In this document: positions 22,887-24,424 of the stretch, piece after piece
Numbering within the stretch: the first letter of the stretch is position 1
Layout: each line of letters starts with the position of its first letter
Source of the DNA: an archaeon HR04
GTDB lineage: Archaea > Thermoproteota > Nitrososphaeria > Nitrososphaerales > Nitrosocaldaceae
DNA: 24,424 nt
Direction of reading: 5' to 3'
Assembly (NCBI GenBank): GCA_002898655.1
Contig: BEHG01000006.1
Location: forward strand, 1-24,424
Notes under the pieces: model-generated
The model's input: only the letters and a program-made list of their open reading frames with translations
What the model was told of the DNA's origin: nothing
Database searches by the model: none
Made by a program: the position numbers and the translations under genes

Positions 22887-23702
22887 ATGAGAAGGGATAG
22901 CAAGAGCAGTAGTAGGAGGAAGAGGCCAAAGCTTGCAGTATGGAAGTTTGCATCATGTGATGGATGTCAGTTGAGCATCCTAGACCTTGAGGATGAGTTG
23001 CTTGAACTTGCTGATAGTGTAGAGGTAGCATACTTCCTTGAGGCATCAAGGGCTGTTATCAAAGGGCCATACGATATCTCCCTTGTTGAAGGTTCTATAA
23101 CAACTGCAGATGATGTGAAGAGGATAAGGAGGGTTAGGAGTGTATCAAGATACCTGATAAGCATAGGGGCATGTGCAACATCAGGAGGCATACAGGCGTT
23201 GAGGAACTTCAAGGATGTAAAGGAGTTTACAAGCATAGTATATGCAAGGCCAGAGTACATAAGCACGCTTGAGAGATCAACACCCATATCTGAGCATGTA
23301 AAGGTAGATCTTGAGTTGCATGGCTGTCCTGTAAATAAGTACCAGTTACTTGATGTGCTATCATCATTGCTCAATGGGAAGAGGCCCAATATAAACTCCT
23401 ACAGCGTCTGCATGGAGTGCAAGAGGGCAGGGAATGTATGTGTCATGGTTGCATATGGTATGCCATGTATGGGCCCTGTAACTAGGGCTGGATGCAATGC
23501 TATATGCCCATCCTATAAGAGAGGATGCTACTCATGCTTTGGTCCAAGCGAGTCTGCAAACATAGGAGCATTGAGCAAGAGGTTCAAAGATCTAGGGGTA
23601 GATGATGAATCTATAGTAAGGATGTTCAGGATGTTCAATGCCTATGCACAAGGATTCAGGGATGTAGAAGAGAAGGTGATGGAGGTGAACAGTAAGCAAT
23701 GA
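22887..23702 (+). CDS. hydD: [NiFe]-hydrogenase small (delta) subunit, cytoplasmic type
   Basis: 271-aa ORF with [16 protein letters not shown] and distal Cys clusters ([26 protein letters not shown]). No twin-arginine signal. GGGAGGTG lies 6 nt upstream of the ATG. Confidence 0.9.
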   Translation: MRRDSKSSSRRKRPKLAVWKFASCDGCQLSILDLEDELLELADSVEVAYFLEASRAVIKGPYDISLVEGSITTADDVKRIRRVRSVSRYLISIGACATSGGIQALRNFKDVKEFTSIVYARPEYISTLERSTPISEHVKVDLELHGCPVNKYQLLDVLSSLLNGKRPNINSYSVCMECKRAGNVCVMVAYGMPCMGPVTRAGCNAICPSYKRGCYSCFGPSESANIGALSKRFKDLGVDDESIVRMFRMFNAYAQGFRDVEEKVMEVNSKQ

Positions 23703-24424
23703 GCAGGATTATGGGCAGGGATGATGATTATGATAATAATAATGGTGAGGATGCAAGGCATTTGAAGGGTTTGCAAGGGGGAGAGGGAATAAGTGAAGAG
23801 AGGGCTGATAATGGTGATAGCAGTAAAGCTGATGATAAGAGCAGTAGTGTGAGGAGGATTAAGGTTGATTACCTTGCTAGGGTTGAAGGCGAAGGTGCCA
23901 TGTACATCAAGATCGTTGATGGTAAGGTTAGTGATGTAAAACTCAAGATATACGAGCCTCCTAGGTTCTTTGAAGCCTTTCTTAGGGGGAGGAGGTTCTA
24001 TGAGGCGCCAGATATAACTGCTAGGATATGTGGAATATGTCCAATAGCATACCAGATGAGCTCTTCATATGCTATGGAGTATGCTGCAAAGGTAAAGGTA
24101 GGAGGGATGATACGCCTGCTGAGGCGTCTAATCTACTGTGGGGAGTGGATAGAGAGTCATGCACTCCACCTCTTCATGCTCCACCTCCCAGACTTCCTTG
24201 GATATGATAGTGCTATAGCAATGGCAAAGGAGCATGGTCAGATAGTCAAGCAGGGACTGAAGGTAAAGAAGGTTGGGAACAGGATAATATCACTCATAGC
24301 AGGCAGGGAGGTTCATCCTATCAACTTAAGGGTTGGAGGGTTCTATAGGGCAGTAAGGGAGGATGAACTCTACCCTCTGATTGATGAACTTGAAAGGACT
24401 AGGGATGCAATGGTTCAGACTATG
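23699..24424 (+). CDS. hydA: [NiFe]-hydrogenase large (alpha) subunit, 5' partial (runs off the window)
   Basis: Not in the ORF track because it has no stop in the window. ATGA overlap with the hydD stop, and GGAGGTGA at 23681-23688 lies 10 nt upstream. Contains [13 protein letters not shown] and the N-terminal Ni-binding RICGICP (24023-24043), preceded by a ~50-aa D/N/S/G-rich extension. Confidence 0.9.
   Translation, partial: MSRIMGRDDDYDNNNGEDARHLKGLQGGEGISEERADNGDSSKADDKSSSVRRIKVDYLARVEGEGAMYIKIVDGKVSDVKLKIYEPPRFFEAFLRGRRFYEAPDITARICGICPIAYQMSSSYAMEYAAKVKVGGMIRLLRRLIYCGEWIESHALHLFMLHLPDFLGYDSAIAMAKEHGQIVKQGLKVKKVGNRIISLIAGREVHPINLRVGGFYRAVREDELYPLIDELERTRDAMVQTM

Noticed and set aside
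23848-23850. GTG at 23848 as the true hydA start (giving [16 protein letters not shown])
   Set aside because: This is attractive because it yields a canonical N-terminus. It lacks an upstream SD, whereas ATG 23699 has a perfect GGAGGTGA at 10 nt and ATGA coupling to hydD. It is kept as an explicit alternative rather than the primary call.

Overview
Archaeal chromosomal window, most consistent with a thermophilic crenarchaeote/TACK lineage. That placement is inferred from content: the conserved rpl7ae-rps28e-rpl24e-ndk-aIF5B cluster, ribosomal protein L38e, archease, AGR/ATA-dominated codon usage, TATA-like boxes about 25-28 nt upstream of first-cistron ATGs (implying leaderless mRNAs), GGAGGTGA-type Shine-Dalgarno sites mainly at internal cistrons, and strongly purine-loaded coding strands that create long antisense shadow ORFs. 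I can support about 33 protein genes, 2 intron-less tRNAs (Leu-UAG, Arg-UCU) and one decayed transporter pseudogene. Content by block: (1) membrane-anchored Hsp20, a blue-copper cupredoxin protein and UbiX; (2) an orphan three-gene operon led by a TrmB-like wHTH protein, followed by gene debris; (3) adenine/MTA salvage (MTAP overlapping APRT), tRNA-Leu, an SDR and a phosphohexomutase; (4) the ribosomal/translation cluster; (5) a ZIP transporter, a two-domain multicopper oxidase, thioredoxin, archease, tRNA-Arg and Ogg; (6) L38e, HypF, a muconolactone-isomerase-like protein and a divergent cytoplasmic group-3b-type [NiFe]-hydrogenase operon (hydB, a cNMP-binding-fold protein, hydG, hydD, hydA running off the window end). 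No CRISPR array, rRNA, transposase or integrase was seen. Most worth a second look: the extra cNMP-binding-fold cistron with a degenerate phosphate-binding cassette inside the hydrogenase operon; the orphan wHTH operon next to a deletion/frameshift scar; a box C/D-like (K-turn-like) hairpin in the rpl7ae leader overlapping its SD; recurrent TAG-rich GGTAGATA tracts in which real stop codons are embedded; and a Cys3-Gly3 insertion in NDK. All homology calls come from motif recognition by eye, not from searches.
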